Virus record (IMG/VR): IMGVR_UViG_3300025294_000001
Source: a virus
DNA: 62,157 nucleotides
Reading direction: 5' to 3' (one strand)
The translations under genes were made by a program, and so were the position numbers. This document shows, piece by piece, positions 1-7,403 of the stretch. The notes beneath the pieces are model-generated. The model made no database searches. It saw only the letters and a list, made by a program, of their open reading frames with translations, and had not been told where the DNA came from. Each line of letters opens with the position of its first letter. Position 1 is the first letter of the stretch.

Positions 1-188
1 TATATGCTACAATGGAAGACATCGACGCTACTGTTCTTACTGAGTGGTCACATAAAGAAACACCTAAACAAGTACATTGTGTAATTGAAGTATCTGATAT
101 GAATGAAACTGTAATTGATAGAGAAGATGCAATGATTTTCAATAACTTAAATGATGCAATTGAAGAAATGGAAGCATGGAATGAGTAA
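1..188 (+). CDS. 3' part of a small early protein; the same gene as 61991..62157 (the window ends overlap)
   Basis: Frame with codons at 3,6,9... runs from the window start to TAA 186-188. Bases 1-127 equal 62031-62157, and an SD plus ATG at 61991 opens this frame. The joined ORF is 75 codons. Confidence 0.6.
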   Translation, partial: YATMEDIDATVLTEWSHKETPKQVHCVIEVSDMNETVIDREDAMIFNNLNDAIEEMEAWNE

Positions 189-195
189 GGGGGAT

Positions 196-456
196 ATGAC
201 AATGGATAACACATTACAATTAATTTTAGATAAACTAAGTAAGATGGATGAAAAAATGGATAAACTGGATAGTAAAATGGATAGACTGGAATCAAAAGTG
301 GACGACGTTCTGTTGGAAGCTAGACAGTTTCATGGGGTAGCTAGTGAAGAATTTGATAAGATAAAAGCAAACACGGAATCAAATAATAGTAGCATTGAAT
401 ATTTAGCTGGGGTAACTGGTGTACATGAAATGTTATTGAATAGAAAGAAGAACTAA
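196..456 (+). CDS. coiled-coil early protein, unknown function
   Basis: ORF-track frame 151..456. ATG 196 lies a few nt after the SD AAGGGGG. Heptad-like repeats MDEKMDKLDSKMDRLESKVDD. Confidence 0.6.
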   Translation: MTMDNTLQLILDKLSKMDEKMDKLDSKMDRLESKVDDVLLEARQFHGVASEEFDKIKANTESNNSSIEYLAGVTGVHEMLLNRKKN

Positions 457-484
457 GGAGACTGAAAACAGTCTTCTTTTTTTA
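457..484 (+). terminator. rho-independent terminator
   Basis: 8-bp stem GGAGACTG/CAGTCTTC, AAAA loop, followed by a T-run. Confidence 0.7.
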
Positions 485-560
485 TGTTCAAATTGCTTTT
501 ACGTTTTATGATCTTAAATATTGTCAGAATACTTTTAACAGTTTTACTTTTATATATCCC

Positions 561-589
561 TTGCAAAAGTCTTACACTTTTGATAAGAT
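561..589 (+). promoter_or_regulatory. early host-type (sigma-A-like) promoter
   Basis: TTGCAA-17 nt-TAAGAT, followed by the conserved TGTAAGG start region. Near-identical to the promoter at 56032. Confidence 0.65.
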
Positions 590-641
590 ATTTCTTGTAA
601 GGGAAAACGTCGTGAGACGTGTTAACGGCAATCGAATGCCA

Positions 642-669
642 GTGAGGAATGGACAAAGAAATAACTCAC
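642..669 (+). promoter_or_regulatory. conserved 5'-leader hairpin (copy 1)
   Basis: Stem GTGAG/CTCAC around the 18-nt loop GAATGGACAAAGAAATAA. Copy 2 at 61052 has a different stem (CCAGC/GCTGG) and the same loop apart from one base. Confidence 0.5.
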
Positions 670-724
670 ACCACTACACGTAAGGTTAAGTTAAAACTAA
701 TTAAGTTAAGGTAGGTAATGGAAA

Positions 725-1000
725 ATGAAAACAATCGAAATCGTAAAACAGTCAAGAACGGTAAGAGGTACGTGGTGCAATGGAGAAGGTGAAACATATC
801 AATTACACTTCACTAAAAGCATGACAGGGCTACGAATTGCGGTACATAACTGGATTACTGTGGGACAGATAGAAGTGAGACTTATTAAGGGTAATGGGCG
901 TACATGGAACTTTAAAGAGTATAAGAAGTTAGTTGTTACTACTCAGGAGGGCGTACAGGAAGCCATTGAGGAACTGAAAGAACTAGCTATCACACTGTAA
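725..1000 (+). CDS. hypothetical early protein
   Basis: 91-aa ORF behind the conserved leader AAAACTAATTAAGTTAAGGTAGGTAAT. A terminator-like hairpin follows. Confidence 0.65.
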   Translation: MKTIEIVKQSRTVRGTWCNGEGETYQLHFTKSMTGLRIAVHNWITVGQIEVRLIKGNGRTWNFKEYKKLVVTTQEGVQEAIEELKELAITL

Positions 1001-1308
1001 GAAGGAAAGGGGCTGAAAAGCCTCTTATCCCTCTTTTAAAGTCCTTAAATGAAGGACATTCAAATGAGTATTAATACTTTTACTCAGGTTAATCCCTAAA
1101 TCGTGTACTTTGAACAAACCCAGTCATACCAAGGGTTACAGCGTTTCTAATAAATTTGTGCATATTTTAACCTGTAAAAGTGCCACCATTCAAAAGCTAT
1201 TACTTAAGAAACCCTAACAGTAAGATAAGTATAATACACTATAACACACTTGATATAACTTACATTGCTTTGATATACTGTAAGCAACATGTATAAGGGG
1301 CTGATTAA

Positions 1309-1695
1309 GTGAGTATAGCAAAACAACCACATAACATAAGTGTTAGATTCAGTGATGAAGATTACAAGCAACTATTATTCTTACAAGATAAGTTTGCTAG
1401 AATGAGTTATGGTAAGGTTTCATTAGCTGATGTATTAAGGATAGCAACAAAGGAATTATATAATATAGAGAGTGCTGACATGAATAGACCTATCACAAGG
1501 GAAAAGAGTTACACACCTAAAAATTCAAATAGCGAAAATAAAGATCAGGAAATTGTTGTAAAAGTAGAAGACACTGAAAACAACAAAGAATTAGTTATTA
1601 CAGAGAAGATAAAAGAAGAAAGTCTTTCTACTAAGATAGAGAAGGAAAATCAGCTATTACAGGAAGCACAGGAAGAACAACAGAATAATAGTTAA
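1309..1695 (+). CDS. ribbon-helix-helix-like DNA-binding protein with an acidic, low-complexity tail
   Basis: GTG start after the SD AAGGGG. The N-terminus (HNISVRFSDEDYKQLLFLQDKF) fits a beta-strand then helix RHH pattern. Resembles ORF 54258 in both protein and upstream DNA. Confidence 0.5.
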   Translation: MSIAKQPHNISVRFSDEDYKQLLFLQDKFARMSYGKVSLADVLRIATKELYNIESADMNRPITREKSYTPKNSNSENKDQEIVVKVEDTENNKELVITEKIKEESLSTKIEKENQLLQEAQEEQQNNS

Positions 1696-1696
1696 A

Positions 1697-1727
1697 CCCA
1701 GCCTTTATTTAGGTTGGGGCTTTTTTT
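1697..1727 (+). terminator. rho-independent terminator
   Basis: Stem CCCAGCCT/AGGTTGGG followed by T7. Confidence 0.7.
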
Positions 1728-1759
1728 ATGTTTAAATTTATTTAATCACTCAAAAGTGT

Positions 1760-1788
1760 TTGACATATGATTGATTATCCTGTAATAT
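1760..1788 (+). promoter_or_regulatory. early host-type promoter
   Basis: TTGACA-17 nt-TAATAT, then TCTTGTAAGGG and an A/C-rich leader. Confidence 0.7.
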
Positions 1789-1842
1789 AAATCTTGTAAG
1801 GGAAACACAAACAAACAAAAACTAAAAGGTAGGTAATCAATC

Positions 1843-2052
1843 ATGAAAAAATCAATCACTTATTTAAACGAGTTCACACGAGTATCAATTGTAGAATGGA
1901 ATGAAAATGATATATCTGTACAGACACAATTTAATTCATGGGCTAAGTTAGAAAATGAGTGGACTAAGTGGGAAGTACTTGACGAAAACGAATTAGGAAG
2001 CCATATGGAAGTTTACGGATACATAGAAGAAATGAAACAAGAACACCTGTAA
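1843..2052 (+). CDS. hypothetical early protein
   Basis: 69-aa ORF, SD AAGGTAGG 8 nt upstream, terminator directly downstream. Confidence 0.65.
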   Translation: MKKSITYLNEFTRVSIVEWNENDISVQTQFNSWAKLENEWTKWEVLDENELGSHMEVYGYIEEMKQEHL

Positions 2053-2069
2053 AAAGGTGTTTTTTTTTA
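2043..2069 (+). terminator. rho-independent terminator
   Basis: Stem ACACCT/AGGTGT followed by T9. Confidence 0.75.
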
Positions 2070-2248
2070 TGTTTATTTTTAGGTAATGCACAAAGGCACT
2101 TTTTTTATCCTTATATAGAAGGAACTCGTTTTAGGCACTTTTTTTAATGTGATTTTTTGTGCAGAATACCGCTTGTTTGCATGTTTTACACACACGCCTC
2201 AGAATCTTTTTTTATGCACATTTTCTTAGGGAAGTAGGGCTATGGCAA

Positions 2249-2370
2249 CCCCCTTATATTAAAGCCCCTTATACGGCTTGCTAGACCCCTCATATATAGC
2301 CCCCTAATATAAGCCCCTATACACCCCCTCTATATAACCCCCTATATATAGCCCTACCATATAGCACCCC
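2249..2370. repeat. array of about 9 degenerate ~14-bp direct repeats (C4-5 tract plus TATATA)
   Basis: C-runs start at 2249, 2265, 2286, 2300, 2314, 2324, 2338, 2352 and 2367. Units look like AGCCCCCTAATATA and CCCCCTATATATAG. The + strand is almost G-free here. Confidence 0.8.
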
Positions 2371-2891
2371 ATACAGTAGCACCACACACCCACGTACACA
2401 CAGGCACACACACAGTACCACACTACACCAGCATACACAGGCAGTACACTACCACACATACCCAATCACAAGTCAAGACAAATGAGTGAGTGATAGGAGA
2501 GTACCAACGGTAGTACCTCAACCCCAATCACAAGTGTCAATCACAAGTGAATGAACAAAGAAAGAAAAGAAAAGAAAGAAAGCGAGATAACGAGAGGCGA
2601 CAGCACCAGCCCACCACGTACACCCATGCATATACCCACATGTAATAGCATATATCATTTTATGATCTTATTTTTAGCACCCCCACCATAGGGGGGCAGG
2701 GGGGCTGTATGGGGGTGGTCTAGTACTTACAAAATATACACCACGAATTTGAAACCTTTTTGGGGAGGCTTGCCGTTCCTTGCCGTGGCTTGCTGTAAAT
2801 TAGCGAGGCTTGGAGGTGGTTACTGTTTTTACCATAACGAACCTTGTCGAACCTCGTAAAAAATTTTGGGATTGATTCTGAAAACTTTTTC

Positions 2892-2920
2892 TTGCATTAC
2901 ACTATAACCTCGTGTAATAT
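2892..2920 (+). promoter_or_regulatory. host-type promoter
   Basis: TTGCAT-17 nt-TAATAT. The flanking ACCTCGTGTAATATA...TGTGAGGCAA recurs at 41884-41932. Confidence 0.55.
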
Positions 2921-2978
2921 ACTACGTGTGAGGCAAACAGCCTTACAATTACAATTTAATATAAAAGGGGTTTTCGAT

Positions 2979-3422
2979 ATGAAAGAAACTAACGTTACTA
3001 AGAAGGCATTCTATCAGAAGTGGTGGTTTTGGGTTATCGTTGCTATCGTTGTTATTAGTGCTTACAGCGGTGGAGGTACTGAGGAAAATGACAATGCTGC
3101 TAAACAAACTGAGAAATCTACTAATCAAGTAACGAAAGAAGAACCTAAAGAAAAACAACCGGAAGTAACTGAGAAAACTCAAACATCTTCTAATGAAAAG
3201 ACAATGACAAAAGATGAATTTGAACAGATTCAAAATGACATGTCTTATGAAGAAGTAGTTAAGATCATTGGAAGTGAAGGTGAACTTCAATCAGAATCTA
3301 CTGTCGGTGACTATACATCTAAACTATATACATGGAAAGGTGAGGGTGGTTTAGGTGCTAACGCAAACATCACTTTCTCAAATAACAAAGTACAAGCAAA
3401 GTCACAATTTGGACTTAAATAA
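2979..3422 (+). CDS. membrane-anchored extracytoplasmic protein (one N-terminal TM helix)
   Basis: ATG 2979, in frame with track ORF 2844, after the SD AAAGGGG. TM segment WWFWVIVAIVVISAY, K/E/T-rich linker, globular C-terminus. Confidence 0.6.
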   Translation: MKETNVTKKAFYQKWWFWVIVAIVVISAYSGGGTEENDNAAKQTEKSTNQVTKEEPKEKQPEVTEKTQTSSNEKTMTKDEFEQIQNDMSYEEVVKIIGSEGELQSESTVGDYTSKLYTWKGEGGLGANANITFSNNKVQAKSQFGLK

Positions 3423-3435
3423 GGAGAGATTAAGA

Positions 3436-3651
3436 ATGTACCAAGATAAAGATACTATAGAAGTAGGATTCGTATTTACCGAAGAACCTGACAAGAAACA
3501 CAGAGGCTTCATTAAAGACAATAAACCACTAGAAATGCAACTAGAAGAACGATTCATGCCAATTCAAATACACGGTATGTGGAAACACATTTCAACAAGA
3601 CGTATCAATGAAATATGGGAATCTAAGAAACATCAACACGGATTGTTGTAA
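3436..3651 (+). CDS. hypothetical protein
   Basis: ATG 3436, in frame with track ORF 3355, 7 nt after the SD AAGGAGAG. Confidence 0.6.
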   Translation: MYQDKDTIEVGFVFTEEPDKKHRGFIKDNKPLEMQLEERFMPIQIHGMWKHISTRRINEIWESKKHQHGLL

Positions 3652-3826
3652 TTTTTTACTGGACAAAGTTATAACATTGTTATAACATAAGAGAGTAAGG
3701 AAATCAATGAAAACGGCATTGATGGAATTGCACGTATATGTAAAATGACAAAAACCTATTTTTAAAAATTTAAAGTTTGTTAAATTCTCATGACTCCCAT
3801 AGGGGATTAAGGGTGAAGCGACACCC

Positions 3827-4048
3827 TCAAATTAATCCCTTGTCTTTTAAGACTTTAACAACAACGCCCTCTATTTCTGATTCGTCAGGGATAGGGGGTC
3901 TTTTTTCGTTCCTCAAAACCATTTCCTTCCTAATTGAGTTATAGATGATTTCTACGGTGTCACCGTCATATAAATCCATTTCTTCAAGTATCTCCTTAGG
4001 TAAAATCAATCCTGTAGAGTTACCTATCTTTCTAAGTTTTCGTTTCAT
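3827..4048 (-). CDS. AbrB/MazE (SpoVT-AbrB) family DNA-binding protein
   Basis: MKRKLRKIGNSTGLILPKEILEEMDLYDGDTVEI is the classic swapped-hairpin AbrB-type motif. Internal ATG 4048 follows the SD AGAGGTGA. Confidence 0.7.
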   Translation of the reverse strand: MKRKLRKIGNSTGLILPKEILEEMDLYDGDTVEIIYNSIRKEMVLRNEKRPPIPDESEIEGVVVKVLKDKGLI

Positions 4049-4085
4049 CGTTTCACCTCTACCTGACAGTATACCACAAACCCCT

Positions 4086-4122
4086 TGTCCTAAATCGGTC
4101 ACAGTTTGCAAGTACCTAATTG
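4086..4122 (+). promoter_or_regulatory. phage-specific promoter, class M, copy 1
   Basis: TGTCCTAAAT-N11-TGCAAGTACCTAATTG. The TGTCC to TGCAAG offset is exactly 21 nt. Confidence 0.6.
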
Positions 4123-4149
4123 TAAAACAACTTACAGGAGGTACTTACA

Positions 4150-4908
4150 ATGAAAGTAGAAGAATTAGTATATGGATATAAAGGAAATGAAACTTATTTA
4201 ACGTTATATCTCAGCAAAGTTAGTGTTGAGGACTTAAAAACATTACAGCACCGGGCAGGTGTCTACATGATTTATAGTAAAGAGGATGAATTAATGTATG
4301 TAGGGGAGACAACAAGTATTCCAAGACGAATGGCTAATCACTTATCTCCTAATCACAGTAAAAAAGAAATTACAAAAGAATCAGTTGGGTATATTCTCTA
4401 TGCTTATTTAAAATGTGACAGATATGAACGAAGTATTATTGAGGGGTTGTTAGTTCATAAGTATCAACCAGCTTTAAACTGTAATGATGAAATGAGGGGT
4501 GACGCATCCTCTAAAGTGGACAAAGCCGTTCAATATGACGCACTATACTACGCTAGAAATACTGATATTAGGTCGTTCGTTATTGCAAGGGCGTTAAACG
4601 TTGACAATGAATATATCAATAGCATTCGTAACTATGGTTGTTTTAACCATTCAGAACTACCTAACAACTACATCCCTAAAGTAATCATTACACAAGAATT
4701 TATTGATAATGCTGTTATTTCAAGAGAACCTATAAACCAAACGGTATTCAATCAAATTCGAGAATTGATTGAAGAAGGTTCTATGAAGAAAGTTGAGATC
4801 GCACGAAAGTTCGGGATTTCCCCAGCTTCTATGACACGTATGTACCATTTGGACACTAATAAGTATCGAAAGTGGGAGGAACAACGAACAGGAAAGGCGG
4901 TAGCTTAA
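4150..4908 (+). CDS. GIY-YIG nuclease with C-terminal HTH (free-standing homing-endonuclease-like)
   Basis: GVYMIY...LMYVGET, then PRRMANH (Arg), then ERSIIEGLL...ALN (Glu/Asn), in GIY-YIG order. C-terminal KKVEIARKFGISPASMTRM looks like an HTH. Confidence 0.7.
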   Translation: MKVEELVYGYKGNETYLTLYLSKVSVEDLKTLQHRAGVYMIYSKEDELMYVGETTSIPRRMANHLSPNHSKKEITKESVGYILYAYLKCDRYERSIIEGLLVHKYQPALNCNDEMRGDASSKVDKAVQYDALYYARNTDIRSFVIARALNVDNEYINSIRNYGCFNHSELPNNYIPKVIITQEFIDNAVISREPINQTVFNQIRELIEEGSMKKVEIARKFGISPASMTRMYHLDTNKYRKWEEQRTGKAVA

Positions 4909-5054
4909 TGACAAGAGAAGAAAAAGTGAAACGTCTCATTGACTTAATTGAACAAGTGGAGGGTGTAAAAGTTGCACCTGACCACTTTGTTAACATGTCT
5001 GACGAACAGTTAGAAGAGGAAATCGAATGGTATGACTACTTAATGACTAAATAA
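4908..5054 (+). CDS. hypothetical small acidic protein
   Basis: ATG 4908 overlaps the upstream TAA (TAATG coupling) and is in frame with track ORF 4872. Confidence 0.5.
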   Translation: MTREEKVKRLIDLIEQVEGVKVAPDHFVNMSDEQLEEEIEWYDYLMTK

Positions 5055-5062
5055 TTTCACGT

Positions 5063-5095
5063 ACCGTACCTTTAATAAAAAGGTGCGGTTTTTCT
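5063..5095 (+). terminator. rho-independent terminator
   Basis: 9-bp stem ACCGTACCT/AGGTGCGGT (one G-U pair) followed by a T-run. Confidence 0.65.
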
Positions 5096-5096
5096 T

Positions 5097-5133
5097 TGTC
5101 TCAAAATAGGTTTGACATGCAAGTACCTAAGTG
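5097..5133 (+). promoter_or_regulatory. phage-specific promoter, class M, copy 2
   Basis: TGTCTCAAAA-N11-TGCAAGTACCTAAGTG, 21-nt offset. Confidence 0.6.
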
Positions 5134-5157
5134 AAGTTCACTTTTGGAGGTATTTGT

Positions 5158-6129
5158 ATGTATACATTAAATTCATTTTTTGCTGGTGCAGGTGGTTTTG
5201 ATTTAGGATTCTTACAAGCTGGTTTTAAAATAGTTGGGGCTTATGAGTGGGATTCCTTTGCTGTAGAAAGCTACAAAGCAAACATTGATCCAGGGATTGA
5301 AGTTACAGATGTTAATGAATTAACTGGTGCGGATTTAAAGAAAGCTGACGTTTGGACATTCGGCTTCCCATGTCAGGATTTATCTAATAATGGGTGTAAA
5401 ACTGGTATTATAGATGGTTACCGTTCTAGGACATTCTTTGAGATTATGAGATTACTGGACGAGGTAGAAGAAAAGCCATCTATCTTATTAGCTGAGAACG
5501 TCAGAGGATTAAAGAAGTATCTTCATATATTAGAAGAAGAGTATGATAAGGCTGGCTATAAAATGTACTACACTCTTTACAATAGTAAATGGTGGGGTGT
5601 GCCACAAAGCCGTGACAGATATTTTGTGATTGGTGTTAGAAAAGATATTGCTAGTACATTCCAGTTCCCTGAGGAACAGCATGACTTTGTACCAGTTCTA
5701 TATGATTTCCTAGAAGATGATAATAGTGTACCTGTCAATTTATATATGGAACGTCCTTTAAATTACATTGAGTTAGGCATGGAGGGCGAGGCTATTATGA
5801 TTCGTGAAGCGGTCAAGAAAGGCTATAACCTAGCTAATATTGGCGACACGGTAAATATCACGTATCCGAATAGTAAAACGAGACGTGGACGTATTGGAAA
5901 GCAAATCTCACAAACTCTTTCTACTGGACTAGAACATGTAATCATAACTAAGGATATGAGGGCAAGACGATTTACACCGAGAGAGTACGCACGATTACAG
6001 GGATTCCCTGAATCATATAAACAAGTAGTCTCAAATACTCAGTTCTATAAACAACTAGGTAACGCAGTCACAGTACCAGTAGCTTTCGCTATAGCGGTAC
6101 AAATAAAACAATTCTTAGCCAACTCTTAA
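5158..6129 (+). CDS. DNA (cytosine-5)-methyltransferase
   Basis: Motifs in canonical order: FAGAGG (I), FPCQDLS (IV), ENV (VI), QSRDR (VIII), GNAV (X). ATG 5158 follows the SD GGAGG. Confidence 0.9.
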   Translation: MYTLNSFFAGAGGFDLGFLQAGFKIVGAYEWDSFAVESYKANIDPGIEVTDVNELTGADLKKADVWTFGFPCQDLSNNGCKTGIIDGYRSRTFFEIMRLLDEVEEKPSILLAENVRGLKKYLHILEEEYDKAGYKMYYTLYNSKWWGVPQSRDRYFVIGVRKDIASTFQFPEEQHDFVPVLYDFLEDDNSVPVNLYMERPLNYIELGMEGEAIMIREAVKKGYNLANIGDTVNITYPNSKTRRGRIGKQISQTLSTGLEHVIITKDMRARRFTPREYARLQGFPESYKQVVSNTQFYKQLGNAVTVPVAFAIAVQIKQFLANS

Positions 6130-6147
6130 CAGGGTTGGTTTTTCTTT

Positions 6148-6184
6148 TGTCCTAATTTTGCCACCAATTGCAAGTACCTAATTG
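6148..6184 (+). promoter_or_regulatory. phage-specific promoter, class M, copy 3
   Basis: TGTCCTAATT-N11-TGCAAGTACCTAATTG, 21-nt offset. A terminator hairpin lies just upstream (6118-6145). Confidence 0.6.
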
Positions 6185-6210
6185 TAACAACAATACAAGG
6201 AGGTATTTAC

Positions 6211-6720
6211 ATGATAGGACATAGAAGAGTACGAGTTTATGAGGACAACGGGCAAATGAAGGAAACGGATGTTTACTTGCCAAACATTAAGGACATTGTA
6301 GGATTCCTGAATGGTACATGGAACTTTAGTATGTTTGATGATTGTTTCGAGGGCAAATCTAAACTAGGTGACATTGACGCTTCAATAGAGTTACACGGTC
6401 ACACTTTAGTAATTGAATTTAAACGAGATCGTACAGCACTTACTACTGGTCAAATTGTAAAAGCTATCCGACAAGCAAAGCATAGCAATATCACTACTGT
6501 ATTTGTATTCGGTCATACGAACCGACCTGAGGAATACTTAGTTTTCTCACCTAACAACTTACAAGGTAGCGGTATTAAAAAGTGTGACACTATCACTCTT
6601 AGCAAAGTATTTAAGAATTGGAATGATTGGGCTTGCAAGAACTCATTAACAAGTCGTCATGACAATGATTGGACTATTGCCAAACGATACCTAAATGCTG
6701 TTGGTGGAGGGAAGAAATAA
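6211..6720 (+). CDS. hypothetical protein with a PD-(D/E)xK-like motif (possible nuclease)
   Basis: GDIDASIE...LVIEFKRD fits the D...E-x-K spacing. Sits directly downstream of the C5 methyltransferase. Confidence 0.35.
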   Translation: MIGHRRVRVYEDNGQMKETDVYLPNIKDIVGFLNGTWNFSMFDDCFEGKSKLGDIDASIELHGHTLVIEFKRDRTALTTGQIVKAIRQAKHSNITTVFVFGHTNRPEEYLVFSPNNLQGSGIKKCDTITLSKVFKNWNDWACKNSLTSRHDNDWTIAKRYLNAVGGGKK

Positions 6721-6923
6721 TGAATACAGTACGTGAAATTATAGAGGCTAAATTAGAAAACGGTGTTCAGACATTTTCGGCACAAGAAGTGGCACATCTT
6801 TTAAATCAGATTCGAGTAAATGAAGAAGGACTTAAAACATTAAACGCCACACGTCGTAAGCGTGATGAACTGAAAGCTAAATTAGAAGGCTTGTTATCAG
6901 CACATAAGGAACTAAAGAAATGA
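6720..6923 (+). CDS. hypothetical coiled-coil protein
   Basis: ATG 6720 overlaps the upstream TAA and is in frame with track ORF 6669. Confidence 0.5.
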   Translation: MNTVREIIEAKLENGVQTFSAQEVAHLLNQIRVNEEGLKTLNATRRKRDELKAKLEGLLSAHKELKK

Positions 6924-7135
6924 GAATAGATTGGTTGTTCGTTGGACTATGGACAGGCTTAATTATTACACTTACTCTTTTGTTCTTATGCTGTTATGCA
7001 TTATATCAGGAATCAGAAGAGTGCCACAATAGAGGCGGTAAGATGGTTGAAACAGGTGATACCTCAACAATCATTACTTATGTAAACAATATGCCAATTA
7101 TATCAACATATGAAGAAACGGAGTGTACAAGATAA
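6920..7135 (+). CDS. small membrane protein
   Basis: ATGA start/stop overlap with the upstream gene. TM segment WLFVGLWTGLIITLTLLFLCCYALY. Confidence 0.5.
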   Translation: MRIDWLFVGLWTGLIITLTLLFLCCYALYQESEECHNRGGKMVETGDTSTIITYVNNMPIISTYEETECTR

Positions 7136-7296
7136 TGAAATTAAAATACACACAAGTACAAATTGTTAAACATGCGTTACAGCATTATATCGAACGTCCT
7201 GAGGCTACTGATAAGGACTTAGTGAAAGAAAAGAACTTACTAGCTAAATTCACAAAAGAAGCTGAGGAAATGAAAACTAAATACGAAATCAATTAG
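7135..7296 (+). CDS. hypothetical small protein (53 aa, below the ORF-track cutoff)
   Basis: TAATG coupling to the upstream ORF. Open to TAG 7294-7296, followed by a terminator-like hairpin. Confidence 0.4.
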   Translation: MKLKYTQVQIVKHALQHYIERPEATDKDLVKEKNLLAKFTKEAEEMKTKYEIN

Positions 7297-7403
7297 GCGT
7301 GGGGGAAACCTCACGTCTTTCTTTTTGTACCTGTATTAGTGCTGGGTTTCTTGACCTTATTTATTAGAACTGACTGTGGTTCTAACATATGGGAGGGAAA
7401 TGA

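Noticed and set aside
453-656. Reverse-strand ORF 453..656
   Set aside because: It spans a + strand terminator, an early promoter and the conserved leader hairpin. It has no SD, and the regulatory signals explain the region better.
2844-2978. The 5' extension of ORF 2844..3422
   Set aside because: The extension covers the TTGCAT-17-TAATAT promoter and its transcript start. ATG 2979 has a proper SD, and the mature protein starts sensibly with a basic segment followed by a TM helix.
3652-4048. The AbrB/MazE-fold gene as the antitoxin of a toxin-antitoxin pair
   Set aside because: There is no toxin-sized ORF downstream on the minus strand (3652-3826 has none of 60 aa or more, and I see no convincing shorter one). 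A terminator-like hairpin follows the gene directly.
7330-7403. A shared late-promoter motif (CTGACT...) upstream of terL and of the scaffold gene (12730-12819)
   Set aside because: Only a 6-7-nt word (CTGACT) is shared, at different distances from the start codons. That is too weak to call without transcript data.
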